Shown piece after piece: positions 34,546 through 45,500 of a stretch of 64,000 bases of DNA. The translations under genes and the position numbers were made by a program. Location of the stretch: the IMG/VR virus record IMGVR_UViG_3300025082_002887, positions 1 to 64,000 of that record. One strand, 5' to 3'. This DNA comes from a virus. Every line of letters starts with the position of its first letter. Position 1 is the first letter of the stretch. The notes below the pieces were generated by a model that was not told the origin of the DNA, did no database searches, and worked only from the letters and a program-made list of their open reading frames with translations.

Positions 34546-36165
34546 ATGAGCACCAAAACAGATATCGGTATGAAAATAACTTTTATTAACATGCCTCTTC
34601 GCGAATCAGCTTCGCCCAATACTCCACCCGAAGGTCCAGGTATATTAGCAGCAATTGCACGCCGGCACGGAGCAGAGTCGTATATACTTGATTTAAATGC
34701 TTATCGGATTAAAGATATCATAGCTGAAAAAAGAGGGCTCCCGAATGGAAGACACTTAACATATGATGAGGCTGAGAATTTAATAGTTCAACATATTAAA
34801 AACGTGGGCGATCAAGACATAATTGCTTTTTCTGGCAAAATAACGACTTTAAGATGGCAAGAACAAATAGCAAAAATCATTAGAAACCATCAGCCAGATG
34901 CCTTTTTAGTAAGCGGGAATGGCCTAGCTACAGAAATCAAGACAGGCCTATTCAATTGGATTCCAGAATTAGATGCAATTGGAAGATCAGAAGGGGATGA
35001 TATTATTCTTTTAATTTTGCAAGATGCAAAAACTATAAAAGAAATGGGGATTAATAAGGCTTTACGATCCGGTAGACTAAGCACATCTTACATAGGGGAA
35101 CTTAATGGAAAACATAGGTTTTGCTATGAAGGTGATAGGCCTCGTAATCTAGATGTGATCCCATATGCAGCGTGGGATTTATTAGAGTCTGATCCATATG
35201 GTCATAATGTTTTAGAAGACTACATTAAAATACCGGTGTGGGGAATTGCTGCAAATAATAGCTCTGCCACCCCTTTTACTATGGAGAGAAGCTTAACTAC
35301 AGTTAGTAGTCGTGGCTGTCCGTATGCATGCGCATTTTGCTACCGCGGCTCTCAAGGCGAGCGAAATTATGGGATGAGATCTCCAGAGCACATTGCAAAA
35401 CAAATTAAAGAGTATGTTGATAATTACAATCTAGATTTTATAGGCTTTCCAGATGATAATTTTGCAGTAGATAAAAGAAGAATGGAAAGAATCCCAGAAG
35501 TTTTTAAGGAATACGGAATTAATCATATTAGGTGGGGCACACACACTCGTATGGATGAAGCAGATGAACGAATATTCGACATGGCACGAGGTGGGTGTGT
35601 ATATATTGGCTTTGGAGCAGAATCTGCTTCTCCTCACACTTTGAAGCTCATGAAAAAGGGCGGTTTTATATTAAAAAATGGCCTAACGCCAACAAAAATT
35701 AATGGAAAAATTTATGAGTTTCCAACAACCATGGTTAACGCCGTTAAAAACAGTAAAAAAGCTGGTGTACACGCAAACTGTACTTGGATCATGGCATACC
35801 CAGGAGAAGAGCTAAAACATTTAAAAACAAGCGTAGCATTTATTTTATGGCAACAGGAATTTTGGTCGAATAGAGAATCAGTGAATAGAAAAATGTTTAC
35901 AGCAACTGCATATCCCGGGACAGAAATGTGGAAAGTGGTTCGCCCACAATTAGAAAAGCATTTTAATATCAATTTTAATGTTATGGGAGAGCCCATTTGT
36001 GATGAAAATTTTCATCAATATGTTTTAGAATTAGATGATGCTACGAAAGTTTTAAATAATAAACATGGAAATCCTGTAAATTTTGGCAGGATGCCAATGG
36101 AAACTTTCCTACAGGCTAGAGACTATGTTAATTCTGATCAAATAGAAAAGATCTTAGACATGTAG
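34546..36165 (+). CDS. B12-binding radical SAM enzyme (class B methyltransferase-like)
   Basis: SRGCPYACAFC (CxxxCxxC), PDDNF, IGFGAES, AYPGTE, with an N-terminal cobalamin-domain-like region. Confidence 0.82.
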   Translation: MSTKTDIGMKITFINMPLRESASPNTPPEGPGILAAIARRHGAESYILDLNAYRIKDIIAEKRGLPNGRHLTYDEAENLIVQHIKNVGDQDIIAFSGKITTLRWQEQIAKIIRNHQPDAFLVSGNGLATEIKTGLFNWIPELDAIGRSEGDDIILLILQDAKTIKEMGINKALRSGRLSTSYIGELNGKHRFCYEGDRPRNLDVIPYAAWDLLESDPYGHNVLEDYIKIPVWGIAANNSSATPFTMERSLTTVSSRGCPYACAFCYRGSQGERNYGMRSPEHIAKQIKEYVDNYNLDFIGFPDDNFAVDKRRMERIPEVFKEYGINHIRWGTHTRMDEADERIFDMARGGCVYIGFGAESASPHTLKLMKKGGFILKNGLTPTKINGKIYEFPTTMVNAVKNSKKAGVHANCTWIMAYPGEELKHLKTSVAFILWQQEFWSNRESVNRKMFTATAYPGTEMWKVVRPQLEKHFNINFNVMGEPICDENFHQYVLELDDATKVLNNKHGNPVNFGRMPMETFLQARDYVNSDQIEKILDM

Positions 36166-36172
36166 GGAATAT

Positions 36173-36940
36173 ATGTCAAAAGCTATATTTATAACAGTTC
36201 GATCCGGATCATCCCGATTACCAAAAAAAGCGTTATTAAAAATTAATGATGCTGCAACAATAGAACATTTAATAAATCATGTAAGAAAATCACAAAAAGC
36301 TGATAAAATTGTTGTTTGTACTACTGTCTCTAAAAATGACGACGAAATTTGTGCTTTGGCAGAGAAGAGCGGAGTTAATTTTTTTAGAGGGAGCATTAAA
36401 GATAAATTAGATAGATGTTTAAAAGCTGCGTTGCATTATAATATAGAATATTTTGTTAATGTTGATGGAGATGATATCTTTTGCGAGCCGGAATTAATTG
36501 ATTTGGCTTTTGATCAGTATGAAGCTGACAATCATGATTTCATAAAGTCAAATGAAAAAGACCTTGTTTGCGGAGCTTTCACTTTTGGTATTAAAACAGA
36601 GGCGCTAAAAGAAATCTGTCGTATTAAAGATACTGATGATACTGAAGCTGCGTGGCTTTTATTTTCTGAAATTTCTTCTATTAAGACGTCAATGCTGGAC
36701 AATATACCCGAGATATATTGCCGTCCAGAAATAAGAGCAACCCTGGATTACTCAGAAGATCTAGAATTTTTTAAAGCTATAATTGATCATTTTCACGACC
36801 GAAACAAAAAACAATTTAGCTTGAGAGATATTATATCTTTTATAGATTCGAATCCTGACGTTCTGTTAATCAACAGACACAGGCATAAAGATTATTTAGA
36901 AAATCAAAAAAAATTATTAAAAAATATAGGAGTCCAATAG
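36173..36940 (+). CDS. Cytidylyltransferase (SpsF/NeuA/KdsB family)
   Basis: ITVRSGSSRLPKKAL, FFRGS, VDGDD, RATLDYSEDL. Confidence 0.88.
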   Translation: MSKAIFITVRSGSSRLPKKALLKINDAATIEHLINHVRKSQKADKIVVCTTVSKNDDEICALAEKSGVNFFRGSIKDKLDRCLKAALHYNIEYFVNVDGDDIFCEPELIDLAFDQYEADNHDFIKSNEKDLVCGAFTFGIKTEALKEICRIKDTDDTEAAWLLFSEISSIKTSMLDNIPEIYCRPEIRATLDYSEDLEFFKAIIDHFHDRNKKQFSLRDIISFIDSNPDVLLINRHRHKDYLENQKKLLKNIGVQ

Positions 36941-37957
36941 ATGTCCGAATTAAAAGAAAGAGTTACATATCATTCCGGTGAATGGGTACCGGAATCTAAA
37001 GCTGCGATTCATATATATGATTCTCAGTTTATGTATGGAGATGGTGTTTTTGAGATGGTTAGAACTTTTAAACATAAGTTCTTTTTGTTGGAAGAGCATA
37101 TCGACAGGCTTTATAGAAGCATGAAGTACATGCATATACCATTTAATAAAACAAAACAAGAAGCAATTGATTTATGTTTAGAATCATTTGATAGAAACAA
37201 GGCCCACTTTCCGGAAGGAGAAGAGTGTCGTGTGATGATTAATGTTTCTAGGGGTCCACTAGGCATATATAAAGAAGTATTTGAGCTATCCAAAAGTCAA
37301 GCTTGGAATGAACCAACTTGGATTGTGAATGTTTGGCCTCTTAGTAAAACTGCTGGAATATTAGGGCATTTTTATGAGACAGGCGCTAATGCGGTGATTC
37401 CATCACAAAGACAAATCCCCTCGCGCCTGTTGGAAAACAAAGTTAAAAATAGGAGTAGATTTCATTACCAAATGGCAAATATACAGGTTTCTTCTTTTGG
37501 CAAGGATGCTATGCCGTTGTTATTAGATGAGGATGGCTTTATAACTGAGAGCACAGGCGCAAACTTTTTAATGATAAAAGATGGAAAGTTGATTGCTCCG
37601 GAGCTAAGAAACATGCTCAGAGGCTCTAGTATGATGTATATTTTGGAAGTTTTAGCTCCTCAAATTGGTTTAGAAGTGGTTCATAAAAACTTTGAACCTT
37701 ATGATGTTATGAATTGTGATGAGGCTATGTTCACTGGAACTTTTGTTAATTTGCTCCCTTGTAATAGATTAAACGGAATATATCTTAATGCGGACATAAA
37801 AGAAAATCCAATTGGGCCGGTCACACAAAGAATTTGTGACGCATGGTCAAAAAATGTTGGGATTAATTTTATAGGACAAATAAAAGATTGGTCTAAAAAT
37901 GTTTCTTCAGTGGGCATATCAAGTGCAATGTTGGGGTCTGGAGGTGAAAATGAGTAA
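36941..37957 (+). CDS. PLP-dependent class IV aminotransferase (IlvE/Dat fold)
   Basis: YGDGVFE, HIDRL, KVKNRS, ITESTGANF, LRGSS. Confidence 0.88.
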   Translation: MSELKERVTYHSGEWVPESKAAIHIYDSQFMYGDGVFEMVRTFKHKFFLLEEHIDRLYRSMKYMHIPFNKTKQEAIDLCLESFDRNKAHFPEGEECRVMINVSRGPLGIYKEVFELSKSQAWNEPTWIVNVWPLSKTAGILGHFYETGANAVIPSQRQIPSRLLENKVKNRSRFHYQMANIQVSSFGKDAMPLLLDEDGFITESTGANFLMIKDGKLIAPELRNMLRGSSMMYILEVLAPQIGLEVVHKNFEPYDVMNCDEAMFTGTFVNLLPCNRLNGIYLNADIKENPIGPVTQRICDAWSKNVGINFIGQIKDWSKNVSSVGISSAMLGSGGENE

Positions 37958-38645
37958 GAGGATAATTATAACCGGCTCAGAGGGGCTTTTAGGAAAAGAG
38001 ATAAGTAGATATTTAGAATCTACTGGCCACTCTGTGATCGGGTGTGATTTACAGCTTGGTCACGATTTAACAGATGAAGAATTTGTAAAAGATTTTTTTA
38101 AGAAAAATAAAGCAGATTGTTTAGCAAATTTGTATGCTATTAATCCACATGTGAATTCAGAGGATTACTCTACAAACATGTTTGATATAACTTTAGATTC
38201 TTTAAATTCGTATTTACAGGTTAACCTTTTGAGTCTTTTTTCTGTTTGTAGAGAATATGCAAGAAATAATAAAAATGGCTCTATAATTAATTTTTCTTCG
38301 ACATATGGAATTGTATCGCCCAATCCTGCGCTTTATGAAGAGGGAAAAGAAAAACATATTGGCTATTGCGTTTCTAAATCTGGTGTGATACAATTAACTA
38401 GATATTTGGCTGTACACTTAGCACCAAATATCAGGGTAAACTGCGTAGCACCAGGAGGCGTTACTTTTGAACCCACTAACGAACATAGTAAAAAGTTTAT
38501 TGAACAATACAGAGAGAAAACACCTATGAAAAGAATGATGAATGTTGATGAATTAAATGGAATTATCGAATATTTATGTTCTGACAAATCCTCATATGCT
38601 ACTGGGACTACCTTTCATATTGACGGGGGCTGGACCATATGGTAG
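37950..38645 (+). CDS. Short-chain dehydrogenase/reductase
   Basis: ITGSEGLLG, YCVSK (YxxxK), IRVNCVAPGG, DGGW. GAGGTG SD supports start 37950. Confidence 0.9.
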   Translation: MSKRIIITGSEGLLGKEISRYLESTGHSVIGCDLQLGHDLTDEEFVKDFFKKNKADCLANLYAINPHVNSEDYSTNMFDITLDSLNSYLQVNLLSLFSVCREYARNNKNGSIINFSSTYGIVSPNPALYEEGKEKHIGYCVSKSGVIQLTRYLAVHLAPNIRVNCVAPGGVTFEPTNEHSKKFIEQYREKTPMKRMMNVDELNGIIEYLCSDKSSYATGTTFHIDGGWTIW

Positions 38646-39490
38646 ATTTTAGAAATTTAAATAAACATTATTTTATTGGTGAGATCGGCATTAATCATAA
38701 CGGCGATTTGCAAATAGCAAAAAAATTAATTGATGCGGTGCATGCATGTAACTGGGATTGCGCCAAATTCCAAAAAAGAAATCCCGATGTCTGCGTGCCA
38801 GAACATCAAAAAAACGTCTTAAGGGAAACACCATGGGGCACTTTAAAATATATTGACTATAAATACAGAGTTGAATTTGGTAAAGAAAAATATGATTATA
38901 TAAATTCTTATTGTGGCGAAAAACCAGTCGATTGGTCAGCTTCTGTTTGGGATTTAAATAGTTTAGATTTTCTGTTACAATATAATCTGCCTTTTATTAA
39001 AATCCCTTCTGCCATGGTGGCTAATGAGGTTTTAGTGGCAGAAACTGCAAAGTCTGGTAAACCTATTATAATGTCAACTGGTATGTGCAACATAGAAGAA
39101 GTGGACAGTGCTGTAAATAATGTATTGAAATATAACGATAATCTAGTTTTAATGCACACAAACTCTAGTTACCCGACACCCAAAGAGGAACTAAACTTAA
39201 GTTTAATACCTTTCTTAAAGGAACGTTACAATTGCACAGTAGGATACTCGGGGCATGAAGAGGATCTAGAACCAACAGTGATCGCTGCAGTACTGGGTGC
39301 TAAAGTTATTGAAAGGCATATAACATTGTCGCACGATATGTGGGGCACAGATCAAAAATCAAGTTTAGAAGTATTGGCAATGGATATATTACAAAAGAGA
39401 ATAAAAGATATCGACAAGATTGTGGGAAAACCAATCAAGGAAGTTACAAATAGTGAAGTCAATATTAGAAAGAAGTTGAGGGGATATTAA
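38639..39490 (+). CDS. neuB: N-acetylneuraminate (nonulosonate) synthase, short form without C-terminal SAF domain
   Basis: IGEIGINHNGD, AKFQKR, IKIPSA, MSTGM, GYSGHE, IERHIT. Confidence 0.92.
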   Translation: MVDFRNLNKHYFIGEIGINHNGDLQIAKKLIDAVHACNWDCAKFQKRNPDVCVPEHQKNVLRETPWGTLKYIDYKYRVEFGKEKYDYINSYCGEKPVDWSASVWDLNSLDFLLQYNLPFIKIPSAMVANEVLVAETAKSGKPIIMSTGMCNIEEVDSAVNNVLKYNDNLVLMHTNSSYPTPKEELNLSLIPFLKERYNCTVGYSGHEEDLEPTVIAAVLGAKVIERHITLSHDMWGTDQKSSLEVLAMDILQKRIKDIDKIVGKPIKEVTNSEVNIRKKLRGY

Positions 39491-39515
39491 TGAAAAGTAG
39501 TTATGATGTGATTAA

Positions 39516-39827
39516 ATGGTAATTTATGTAGATATTGATGAAACAATTTGTATAACACCAGGAGATGCGCATACGGCAAGAAATTATGAAAATGCAAAAC
39601 CTCTATTAAAAAACATTGAAAAATGTAATAAACTATATGAAGATGGTAATACAATTGTATATTGGACCGCCAGAGGGTGTACAACTGGTATAGATTGGTT
39701 TGACGTTACAGAAAAGCAATTAAATGAATGGGATGTTAAATATCACGATCTAAAATTGGGAAAGCCATTTTATGATTTATTTATTGATGATAAAGCAATA
39801 AATTCAAAAGATTTTTTTAAAAATTAG
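39516..39827 (+). CDS. Small HAD-superfamily phosphatase
   Basis: YVDIDETIC (DxD), WTARG, GKP, FIDDK. Confidence 0.82.
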   Translation: MVIYVDIDETICITPGDAHTARNYENAKPLLKNIEKCNKLYEDGNTIVYWTARGCTTGIDWFDVTEKQLNEWDVKYHDLKLGKPFYDLFIDDKAINSKDFFKN

Positions 39828-39838
39828 GAGGAAAATAG

Positions 39839-40723
39839 ATGGCTAAATGCTTAGTTACGGGTCATAAAGGATATATTGGCTCAAAAGTATATGCAAGATT
39901 AAAGGAATTAGGACACGAGGTACAAGGAATAGATCTTTTTGATGGTTATGATATATTAAAAGATTTAAAAGAATATAATGAACCAATGCGTGGTCGTTTC
40001 CATCCACATTATCATGAGTTCAAGCCAGAATATATTTTTCATTTAGCCTGCATCCCGCGTGTTGCTTATAGTGTTGAAAACCCTGCGCGTACAATGAAAA
40101 ACAATGTTCTAGCTACGACATATATCCTTAATTTTGCTAGAAAAAGAAATGTAAAGCGCGTTATTTATTCTGGATCGTCTTCAGTCGTTGGTAATGGATC
40201 CGGCCCGAGCAGCCCATATGGATTACAAAAATTAATTTCAGAGATGGAATGTAAATTGTATTCTGATTTATATGGATTAGATACTGTTTCTTTACGTTAC
40301 TTTAACGTATATTCTCCAGATCAAGAGGCAAGCGGCCCGTATGCAACGGCAATCGCAAATTGGATGCAATATATTAGAGATGGCAAAACTCCATATATAA
40401 CTGGTAACGGGGAACAAAAACGCGATATGGCACATTTAAATGATATAGTGTCGGCAAATATTTTTGCAATGGAACATAAAAAGGATTTCAATGGACAACA
40501 TTTTGATGTTGGGACAGGTAGCAATATTTCTTTAAATGAAATTAAGAATATTGTTTTAGATTATTTTCCAAATATAAAATTTGATTACACTGAAGAAAGA
40601 AAGGGCGATGTACTACACACACAAGCAAATATATTGCCTTTAAAAGAGTTAGGATGGCACGCTAAAGTGAACATCGTTGATGGCATTAACGAATGCTTTA
40701 AAATATTAAAAGAAAGGAGTTAG
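39839..40723 (+). CDS. NAD-dependent nucleotide-sugar epimerase/dehydratase
   Basis: VTGHKGYIG, HLAC, SPYGLQK, LRYFNVY, GNGEQKRD. Confidence 0.9.
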   Translation: MAKCLVTGHKGYIGSKVYARLKELGHEVQGIDLFDGYDILKDLKEYNEPMRGRFHPHYHEFKPEYIFHLACIPRVAYSVENPARTMKNNVLATTYILNFARKRNVKRVIYSGSSSVVGNGSGPSSPYGLQKLISEMECKLYSDLYGLDTVSLRYFNVYSPDQEASGPYATAIANWMQYIRDGKTPYITGNGEQKRDMAHLNDIVSANIFAMEHKKDFNGQHFDVGTGSNISLNEIKNIVLDYFPNIKFDYTEERKGDVLHTQANILPLKELGWHAKVNIVDGINECFKILKERS

Positions 40724-40725
40724 AA

Positions 40726-40974
40726 ATGACACAAGATAAAAATATGTCAATGTCAGACCAAGCAGTGGGGGCCGTTATGATGGCTCTCCAAAAAAGTTTA
40801 ATGGAACAAAGCGATATTGTTCCGGTGCTAAAAGGGTTTAAATTTAGATTATCCAAACAAGGTCTTGCCGTTTTGAACCCACCTATTGTTAAGTTCAATG
40901 AGGAAACCCAAAATAATTTTCAAGAAAGTTTAGATTTTGGAGACCAAGACCATTCTGAAGATTCAACTTCATAA
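40726..40974 (+). CDS. Hypothetical protein
   Basis: AGGAG SD; coupled to the next gene. Confidence 0.7.
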   Translation: MTQDKNMSMSDQAVGAVMMALQKSLMEQSDIVPVLKGFKFRLSKQGLAVLNPPIVKFNEETQNNFQESLDFGDQDHSEDSTS

Positions 40975-41228
40975 TGCCCATCTATATTTATGGTTGTGAT
41001 AATTGTGGAAGTGAAACAACAGTCAGCCATTCAATGACTGAAATAATAGAAGACTGCGAAGTATGCGAAATTTCTAGTTCTTTAACTAGAAGGCCTTCTA
41101 TGTTTTCCAATATCAAAAAGAAACCAGAACAAAAACAAAAAGTTGGTGACTATGTTGAAGGCTTTATAAAAGAGGCTGAACAAGATTTAAAACAACAAAA
41201 AAACAATTTGAGGAAAAAGAATGATTGA
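40974..41228 (+). CDS. FmdB-like zinc-ribbon protein
   Basis: MPIYIYGCDNCG...CEVC. Confidence 0.75.
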   Translation: MPIYIYGCDNCGSETTVSHSMTEIIEDCEVCEISSSLTRRPSMFSNIKKKPEQKQKVGDYVEGFIKEAEQDLKQQKNNLRKKND

Positions 41229-41523
41229 AATATTATTAGGAGTATCCATTTTAATTAATGGATTTTTGATATGGTATGTTGTTAAGTTAATAAAGAAATT
41301 TCTTAATATTTCTGAAGAGTTAGAAGGGCTTTTTATTCTCTTAGAAGAATATGCGGAGCATGTAGACTCTGTATACAATTTAGAAAGATTTTATGGCGAC
41401 ACGACATTGGAACATTTAATGAGACATTCTAAATCTATAGCTGAAATAGCCAAGAATTTTCGAGTTATTTATGATGTAAATTATGAGTTAGAAGAAGAGG
41501 AAGATGAGGAAGAGGAAGAATAA
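41221..41523 (+). CDS. Membrane-anchored protein with acidic tail
   Basis: N-terminal hydrophobic helix; C-terminal ELEEEEDEEEEE. Confidence 0.7.
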   Translation: MIEILLGVSILINGFLIWYVVKLIKKFLNISEELEGLFILLEEYAEHVDSVYNLERFYGDTTLEHLMRHSKSIAEIAKNFRVIYDVNYELEEEEDEEEEE

Positions 41524-41526
41524 TGT

Positions 41527-42222
41527 ATGGCCGGCAAAAGAAAAAAAAACCACTACTTTACTAAAGTTCATGAGCAAGCGATTATAGACTATTGCTCGTC
41601 CCATGACCAGAAAGAAAGAAACGAATTATATAATGAATTTATCGGCCCTGCCTTTAGTGAATTAGTAGACAAAATTGTTTATACATATAAATTTACTAAT
41701 CTCCCAAACTGTGATTATTTGAGAGAAGATTGCAAAAATTGGCTAATAACTGTATTAAATAAATATGATCCAAATCGCGGCTCTAAAGCCTTTTCTTATT
41801 TTAGTGTCATAACAAAGAATTGGTTCATTCACAAAGTAAAGAAAAATGTACAAAGAGCTAAAAGAGAAGTATTAATCGAGAGTTATTGCGCGCCATTAAG
41901 CCAACAACAAGATGCACGCCATCCACTAGTAGTTTATAATACATTTATTGAAGATAATATAAAAAATGAATTTTGGACTGCGTTTAAAGAACAAATACAT
42001 GATTGGGAAAAATTACCTGTTCGAAATAACGAAAAAAAAGTTATTCAAGCTGTTAAAATTCTTTTCGAAGAATCTGAAAATATAGAAATTTTTAATAAAA
42101 AAGCTATTTATTTATACATAAGAGAAATCACGGGCTTGAATACTAAACAAGTTGTTAGTAGCTTAAATAGAATTAGAGTTCGATACAGGGAGTTTAAAAC
42201 CAAATGGGACAAGGAAGATTAA
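41527..42222 (+). CDS. Phage sigma70-family sigma factor (candidate late sigma)
   Basis: Region-2-like KERNELY..LVDKIV..KYDPNRGSKAFSYFS, and a helical C-terminal region. Located just before the structural genes. Confidence 0.7.
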   Translation: MAGKRKKNHYFTKVHEQAIIDYCSSHDQKERNELYNEFIGPAFSELVDKIVYTYKFTNLPNCDYLREDCKNWLITVLNKYDPNRGSKAFSYFSVITKNWFIHKVKKNVQRAKREVLIESYCAPLSQQQDARHPLVVYNTFIEDNIKNEFWTAFKEQIHDWEKLPVRNNEKKVIQAVKILFEESENIEIFNKKAIYLYIREITGLNTKQVVSSLNRIRVRYREFKTKWDKED

Positions 42223-42509
42223 AAAACATCGATGAATATATTAATGAATCGCTTTCTAATATAAGAGATGATAGAGCCGTTACCTCCACTCTTTTGACAG
42301 AGTTATTAATAGAAATGAAGAAAGCCGGCGACCTTGAGACCCACAAACAGCTTGGTTTAATCGCGTCCAAATATGTTGAAACCCTCCAGCGATCCAACGA
42401 ACAGTTAGTTAAAATCACTGCCATATTAAACAAAAGACAGCAAGGTACACTTGAGCTAGATGAAGAAGACAAACAAGAACTTTTTGATTTGATTCAGGGA
42501 GAAAAATAA
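42204..42509 (+). CDS. Hypothetical helical protein
   Basis: ORF between the sigma and baseplate hub genes; exact start uncertain. Confidence 0.6.
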   Translation: MGQGRLKNIDEYINESLSNIRDDRAVTSTLLTELLIEMKKAGDLETHKQLGLIASKYVETLQRSNEQLVKITAILNKRQQGTLELDEEDKQELFDLIQGEK

Positions 42510-42512
42510 TAT

Positions 42513-45500
42513 ATGGCAGAATGTGATTATCAAGGCGATGAGGGGTGCGAAGCGCCAGCTATATTTAAGTTGCCGGCCGGGACGCTTAATCCTCAAATTA
42601 ATGAGGTCGACCTCAATCAAAGAAGTATAAATTTTCAAGAAGAAGGTGTTTATTCTGTCCTAGGCCAAACAGTAGATGAAGCTTTTACCCCAAATAAATT
42701 TAAAGGTCTCGGCCCTTTAAATGCTATATTATTGCGGATAGAAAATCCATATGGCGAAGGCGCTTCATGCACAGCCGAAGAGGTTGCTGCGAATGCCACC
42801 CATACTGGTGAAAAAGATCCATTAACAAAATATCGCGTACGCATACCGGAGATGTGTGTTGCTACTTTGCCGCCACCGAACAACTTAGAAGATCCTTGTG
42901 ATCAAGACAACCTTCGCATCGATGCCCACATACTTTGCGAAGCAAAAGACAGAGAAGTGATGAGCATACCAGTTAAACTTGGCCAAGTAGTCAGAGTTCA
43001 GTTCGCTTCTGGCGCCGGATTAACTAATCTTAAATACTTGGGCCCCGTCGATTCGAAGGGCACAGCGTGGGAAAAACTTGATGGACCACACAGCCCCCCC
43101 GCCGATTATGGGAAACGCTTAGAAGAATGTAAAAAAATATATCCCAACAGAGGGGCAACTGGTGACATAATTGGTATGGATACAAATTTGTGGAAAAAAA
43201 ATAGTGGGCGTACACCGCTTGTTTCGGGCATTGGTATACCCGATGGTCCTGTCATCCCCGGAGAAATACACAAAGAATGGGTTGTAAACCTGTTTAAAGA
43301 ACTAAAAAAAGAAGGTAAGTATAAAGGATTAATTTGGACTGGGGTATGCAAAAATAACGGACCAGAAGATAATCTAAATATGTTAACAAGCGCCGGAAAA
43401 AAATCTTCTATAGGCGATCCCGGGCGCTCAACTGTTATTTATATGCCAATTGGCACCGACCCCACAATCCCTCTAGAAATAATATATTGGTTCCATGATG
43501 AAGCCGGCTTTAAAAACGATAAAGAAGAATGGGATGTGCTTTGGCAATCATTGTCGGGGATGATTAAAAAAAAGAGATCTTTAAATAATGCGAGGCGCAA
43601 TTTTATTTTAGTTATACCAGAGATGTTATGGTCTAAACAAAACACTACAGTAGCCGGTATGCGAAGAAATGAAACCACGCCAGTTTCAATAAAGTTTGGC
43701 CAATTAGATGTCGCCTCTTCATCGGGCTTCGTTGGTGAAACTCGCCTGCGCCATGCGGGATACACAGACCGTCAATGGGCCGCCTGGGGCTTCTCCGCAG
43801 GCTCGCATGATACCATCAACGCCTCGTCATTCGATCGGCCGTATCCGCCGCTAGCTTTCGTGTCATTAGAAGCCGGAGAAGCAAACCCTGCTTTGGCTGC
43901 TCCCACTGCCGGCAATATGAAACTTCTTCATGAGGAAGTATTGGGCCTATTACAAAAATATTTCAACGTCACCAAGGACAACGCCACACAAATAACATTG
44001 GTAGCCGATCACAAAGGAGGCATTGCTATATCTAATTTAGCACGTCTTAACCAATTAGAAGAGTTAAATCCATCAAAAATAGTTTTAATACACGCAGATT
44101 ATAGCAGCATCGGGCAATTACCAACCCAAGGGCTAGCGTTCGCGAAGAACTCCCAGATTCCAGACGGTATAGTTTTTAATTATTTTCATGACAATGATGC
44201 ATTTGAGATTTTAAAACACATTAATGCAAACACTCGATTAGAAATACATGTATCGCGCACCTCCGGGAAAAATCCCCTGCCGCGCCAAGCGGCCCGGGCC
44301 TTTATAGGGGCACTTTCCACAATGCTGCCCACTCCACCCGGGTGGTGGGCGCCCGACCCGCTCCCGGTCCACACCTTCGACGACCGCGTGCAAAAATTAA
44401 AAGAGCTTTATCATTACGCTGGTTTGGACCATTGGAGAGGAAAAACCACTGACGGGAATTATAATCCAAACCCCGCCCTGTTTAATGCTTATAAAGCTGG
44501 CTATTCCTTAATAAATCGCACCGGGCCCGCCGCCAATATAATTCGATTGGAGCCTCCCTTTAATAATATTGTATATAAAAGCTGGGGCGCATCTGCAAAG
44601 GGAGCTTTGGCGTGGCTCCCAGCAGATAACAACGTATCGCAACCTGAAGCACTGGTACAAGAATCCAAAAAACTTGCAGGCACTTTTGATATCGAGTCCG
44701 ATGTACCCAACAGCGTAAAAGAGGCCTTTAGAAAGTTTAGCGGAAGAGCGATATTATACAGATCAGAACTGGTCGGCACTACAAAAAATGTTGCAATACT
44801 AGAACCCAGCGGTGCTAGCATTTATAATAATTACGAACTTATCTATTATTTACATGGGGATATAGGCCAGAATGGCGCCGCAAAAACATATACAGACGCA
44901 TTAGGGAATCAATTTGCAACAATGGTTGGCGACGACCGAAATGTAATTATTGTGTTAATGGATCTTGATAATCCATCATCTAACACGGGCCTTTGGCAAA
45001 ATGGCGGCTTTAATCGGTTTCATGAGGAAATTTTATCCAAAATTAAAGAAAAGTGGTCTGGCCAAAAAAAGGGAGTTAATGATGATGGAAGTATATCATA
45101 TGACACTCCAGTCCACCCCCAACCCGGATTCTTTACAATCAAAGCCAATCACGGCGGATCTCGGATTCTTAACAGTATTGTTAAAAGCTTGGATAGTTCT
45201 CTTAGAGCGCCATCACCAGGCGCCCTCCGGAGGATAGATTTATTTGATGCAAATTACGGCCCAGAAATAGGAATAATCAAACAACTAAAAAGTTGGGGTG
45301 CTTCGACGCTAGGTACTAATTTTGAAATTCAAATGGTAGTAACGCCCACTACGATTGGGAAGCCCGGCCAGCAAGGCCAGCCGGCCAACAAACAAGCTGA
45401 AAAATATCAATCAGAACCAGGAGTATGGATTATTCCGGCTTCGGTTGATCACGGTGTGCTGCCCTATGTGTATTTTTCTGCCCCAAGTAAATTAGACACT

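Noticed and set aside
22270-40723. Bacterial chromosomal capsule/O-antigen locus (cellular contig)
   Set aside because: No export or polymerase genes, no housekeeping context, and continuous coupling with phage sigma and baseplate genes.
42103-42110. GCTATTTA promoter-like motif inside the sigma gene
   Set aside because: It is explained by the coding sequence (KAIYL) and lies ~94 nt from the next start, outside the spacing seen elsewhere.
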